A stretch of DNA of 64,000 nt, from contig JBHPFW010000003.1 of the NCBI GenBank assembly GCA_042571645.1, forward strand, positions 24,898 to 88,897, read 5' to 3'. Under the pieces are notes generated by a model. It was not told where the DNA came from and searched no databases. It was given only the letters and a program-made list of their open reading frames with translations. Position numbers and translations under genes: made by a program. This stretch comes from Nanobdellota archaeon (lineage in GTDB: Archaea; Nanobdellota; Nanobdellia; Woesearchaeales; JBHPFW01). Numbering within the stretch: position 1 is the stretch's first letter; each line of letters starts with the position of its first letter. This document shows positions 61,608 through 64,000 of this stretch, one piece after another.

Positions 61608-61851
61608 TTTTTATCACCTCTAAGATTTTCATAAATCTAAATCTTAGAGTTCGCTAAAAAGTCCATATGTAAAACTCACAAAAAATCTTTAAAAAGACCT
61701 TTTGACATTTTGATGGAAAGATTTTTGTAAAGAGTTCTACAGACTTTTTTAAGAAAATGATAGAATAGGTTATTAATATCAGTACCGACCATAAATGTCC
61801 AGTGCTAATAAAAAGAAAAAACCAGAAAGGGATAACCCTTTCCAGTTCGCA

Positions 61852-62022
61852 TAGCGGAGAGTGGACTTTCTCACTGACGTTCGAAGCATTGCCTTAAACG
61901 TCAATATTTGAACCACTGACCTCCGGGTTTCGCCTAGAGCACATATACTCTTATATGAGCCTTCCGCACCCATTAGAAGTTCTAATGAATTCGACGGGCA
62001 CTCCTGGCTGCCCTACTCCGCT
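61852..62022 (-). tRNA. intron-containing tRNA (anticodon unresolved) with an insertion at T-loop 60/61
   Basis: Minus strand: acceptor AGCGGAG/CUCCGCU with A73, U8A9, D-stem GGGC/GCCC, D-loop AGCCAGGAGU, T-arm AGUGG-UUCAAAU-[41 nt]-CCACU. About 55 extra nt lie between the D- and T-arms. Confidence 0.5.
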
Positions 62023-62124
62023 ATAATATTGAGGACTTCTGGCTTATTTATAAATGTTACCCCTTCTAATCTTTTTAAAAAGAGAAACTAATTTAAATCA
62101 AATCCTTACTCTGGTGCTTTATAC

Positions 62125-62294
62125 GCCCTGGTCGCATAGTCTGGCTATTGCGGTAATCCATTAAGGCATCTTGATGGACTGTTAGATTGCTAAGTGCATA
62201 TTGTGCTTACAAAATACAATAGCCACAAAGATCTACTGTCCCTAGGACACGTGAGTTCAAATATCAGAAATGATTGAAAGTCTCACCCAGGGCG
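62125..62294 (+). tRNA. intron-containing tRNA (anticodon unresolved) with a 19-nt insertion at T-loop 60/61; its 3' end overlaps the integrase start
   Basis: Acceptor GCCCUGG/CCAGGGC with G73, D-arm GCAU-AGUCUGGCUA-UUGC, T-arm GUGAG-UUCAAAU-[atcagaaatgattgaaagt]-CUCAC. About 76 extra nt lie in the anticodon region. Confidence 0.55.
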
Positions 62295-63121
62295 TTTTTA
62301 TTTCTAAGGCAGATGTTAATATTAAGAATAATTTTGAAGAGTTTGTCGTCTATATTTCTAAGAAAAACTATTCGCAAAGACACTTTACAAAGTTGAAGAG
62401 TTGTGTTAAAAAATTGAGTTATTATACACACTTTTTCAGTTATAAAGAGCTATTGAAGATTAGAGATAAATTGTATTCTGACCAATATTATAAGGCTCTG
62501 AGAGCACTTTGTAATTTCTTTGAAGAGAAGTATCTTGAGAATCCAGCAGTGCTTGTAGATCTTGAGAGGATTAGAAAGAACTTCAAGAGACCTAAAGCAA
62601 CTCCAGATATTTACACTCCTTCGGATGAGCAGTTAGTAGAGACTTTAGCAAAGCTCAAGGCTCTTAATAAAAAGTATTATGAGTTCTACGTAGCCTTGAT
62701 GTTTTCAGGTGTTAGAATCAAAGAAATGGCCTATTATATCAATTCTGACAAGGACTTTAAAACCATTGAAAATGGCAATTATCACAAGGTATTATTGAAT
62801 TATAAAAGACATTGTAAAAATGTATTTTTCCTATATTTTCCAAAGGGTTTTGAACTTTCTGAAGGAGTTATTGTTGAGAACCTCAGTAGATTTCTCACGA
62901 GACATCCCGAGATTATAAGACCTAAGTATATTAGGAACTGGTTTTATTCTAAGTGTCTGGATTTAGGAGTTCCCTCAGCGATAGCAGATTTCTTTCAAGG
63001 AAGAACTCCTATTTCTGTAGGAGACAGACATTATCTTGATCGTGAGAGAATGGCTGATAAGTGTTATTCTGAGAAGCTAAATCCTTATTTAGAAGAAAAG
63101 TTTATAAAAATGAATAGGTAA
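62270..63121 (+). CDS. tyrosine recombinase / phage-type integrase
   Basis: Box I-like ALMFSGVRIKEM, K...HxxR region (HKVLLNYKRH), and C-terminal GRTPISVGDRHYLDRER carrying the catalytic Tyr. The annotated ATG lies inside the tRNA T-loop insertion. Confidence 0.75.
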   Translation: MIESLTQGVFISKADVNIKNNFEEFVVYISKKNYSQRHFTKLKSCVKKLSYYTHFFSYKELLKIRDKLYSDQYYKALRALCNFFEEKYLENPAVLVDLERIRKNFKRPKATPDIYTPSDEQLVETLAKLKALNKKYYEFYVALMFSGVRIKEMAYYINSDKDFKTIENGNYHKVLLNYKRHCKNVFFLYFPKGFELSEGVIVENLSRFLTRHPEIIRPKYIRNWFYSKCLDLGVPSAIADFFQGRTPISVGDRHYLDRERMADKCYSEKLNPYLEEKFIKMNR

Positions 63122-63130
63122 TTATACCTC

Positions 63131-63643
63131 ATGGTTTATGTGAATTTGAAAAAAGAGGAAAAAGAACAGTTAATCAAAACATGGGTTATTCTTGCTAAAA
63201 GGTATGAGAGATTTAATTATAAACCTACTGAAGCAACAGAAGAACAAATAGAGTACATTATCGGTTTATCAAAATCTCTTGATAGAAGAGATGCTGCCAC
63301 ACTCATAACTTTGTTACAAATACTTAACAAGGAAAGGGGAGAAGTAGAAACAGAAATGAAAAAACCAACTCCTAGCAAGAAAAAGAAGAAAAAGAAGAAA
63401 AAAAAGAAAAAAAAGAAAAAAAAGAAAAAGAGGGAAAAGAGGGAAAAGAATCCATCAAGCTATCAGGAGAGACTGGCTGAAATAAAGGCAAAATATCCCA
63501 ATGCATATGAACCTTGGACAGATGAAGCAAACAACGAATTAAAGAAACTATGTATTGAAGGAAAATCTGTTAAAGAACTTTGCCAAATCTTCAAAAGACA
63601 ACCTGGCAGCATCAGATCAAGATTAAAAAAGCTTATTATATAA
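63131..63643 (+). CDS. small HTH protein with an internal poly-Lys tract
   Basis: C-terminal sigma-70 region-4/LuxR-like HTH (KSVKELCQIFKRQPGSIRSRLKKL). A 23-residue Lys run is encoded by the (aagaaaaag)n repeat. Confidence 0.5.
   Translation: MVYVNLKKEEKEQLIKTWVILAKRYERFNYKPTEATEEQIEYIIGLSKSLDRRDAATLITLLQILNKERGEVETEMKKPTPSKKKKKKKKKKKKKKKKKKREKREKNPSSYQERLAEIKAKYPNAYEPWTDEANNELKKLCIEGKSVKELCQIFKRQPGSIRSRLKKLII
63377..63450. repeat. simple-sequence repeat (AAGAAAAAG)n / (AGGGAAAAG)2
   Basis: Direct reading. Slippage-prone homopurine tract inside the ORF 63131-63643. Confidence 0.85.
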
Positions 63644-63685
63644 ACGAGTAAAACAAAACAATTAAAGGTTGGATGTGTAATATAA

Positions 63686-64000
63686 TGGATTTTGATAAAT
63701 TTTTTGAAGAGTTTAAACAACACATGTATGACACAGATATGGAAAAGGTTCTATATGATGATATGGATGAAAAACCTAACAAAGAAGATGTTAACGTTAT
63801 AGAAATAGGAACTTTCACCTATTTGTTTAATGTTGCAATGTATAATCTTGCAAAAGCTAATAACTTATACTTAACACCCGAAAATGCAACTGGCAGAGGT
63901 GGTTATTCAGATATTCTTTTAACAAGAAAAAATGGCGAGATTTTATTTGAGATTGAACATGAAAATGATGGATTGGCAAGATCAAAAGATCCTGAAACTA
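63686..64000 (+). CDS. hypothetical protein, partial (runs off the window end)
   Basis: Open frame from ATG 63686 to the window end (MDFDKFFEEFKQHMYD...). Confidence 0.35.

Larger units (their letters stand above)
62125..64000 (+). mobile_element. left boundary and first genes of a putative tRNA-targeted integrated element, continuing beyond the window
   Basis: tRNA 3' end, then a tyrosine integrase, a small HTH regulator, and further ORFs. No second att copy is found within the window. Confidence 0.4.

Noticed and set aside
1-64000. CRISPR arrays and rRNA genes
   Set aside because: No regularly spaced direct repeats of 24-40 bp and no rRNA-like conserved blocks were seen. The only tandem repeat is the coding (AAGAAAAAG)n tract.

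Overview
The window reads as a low-GC archaeal chromosome segment. Evidence: an A-type ATP synthase operon in archaeal gene order (atpH-I-K-E-C-F-A-B, a CPA2 antiporter, atpD), an archaeal-type SRP RNA, a presenilin-like protease, SMC, RNase HII, an archaeal/eukaryotic-type TrpRS, and intron-containing tRNAs. Housekeeping blocks are ilvD-nadK-ilvE, a thiamine cluster (thiM, thiE, thiC, thiL with an HTH regulator), folK, a full trp operon (trpEGDCFB-GNAT-trpA) followed by trpS, an ABC transporter pair, two DEAD-box helicases, and a glycolipid-type PIG-L/GT4 pair with a TtuA-like PP-loop ATPase. The more interesting content is RNA and mobile-element related. (1) A tRNA-Gly(UCC) on the minus strand appears to carry two introns, one at the unusual T-loop position. 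A 20-bp direct repeat of its 5' end lies about 960 bp upstream, and the two copies bracket a double-motif LAGLIDADG homing endonuclease gene. (2) A second tRNA/endonuclease/integrase hotspot lies at 60.4-64 kb. Two more tRNAs show the same T-loop-position insertion. A tyrosine integrase ORF begins inside the 3' end of one of them, and an integrated element continues past the window edge. (3) A 214-aa orphan ORF is bracketed by two nested perfect inverted repeats (12 and 13 bp) and preceded by a GC-rich hairpin-rich segment. (4) A 134-nt multi-layered hairpin with a GC-rich core sits in the ABC/CaCA intergenic region. Other observations: a HEPN/MNT toxin-antitoxin pair, an orphan HerA/DUF87 ATPase, Lys/Ala/Pro-rich tails on a membrane protein and on AtpB, a roughly 180-aa acidic insertion in AtpI, and an HPF/RaiA-like protein that would be unusual in an archaeon. 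No CRISPR array or rRNA was seen. All calls come from reading the sequence by eye and from remembered family motifs; no searches were run.
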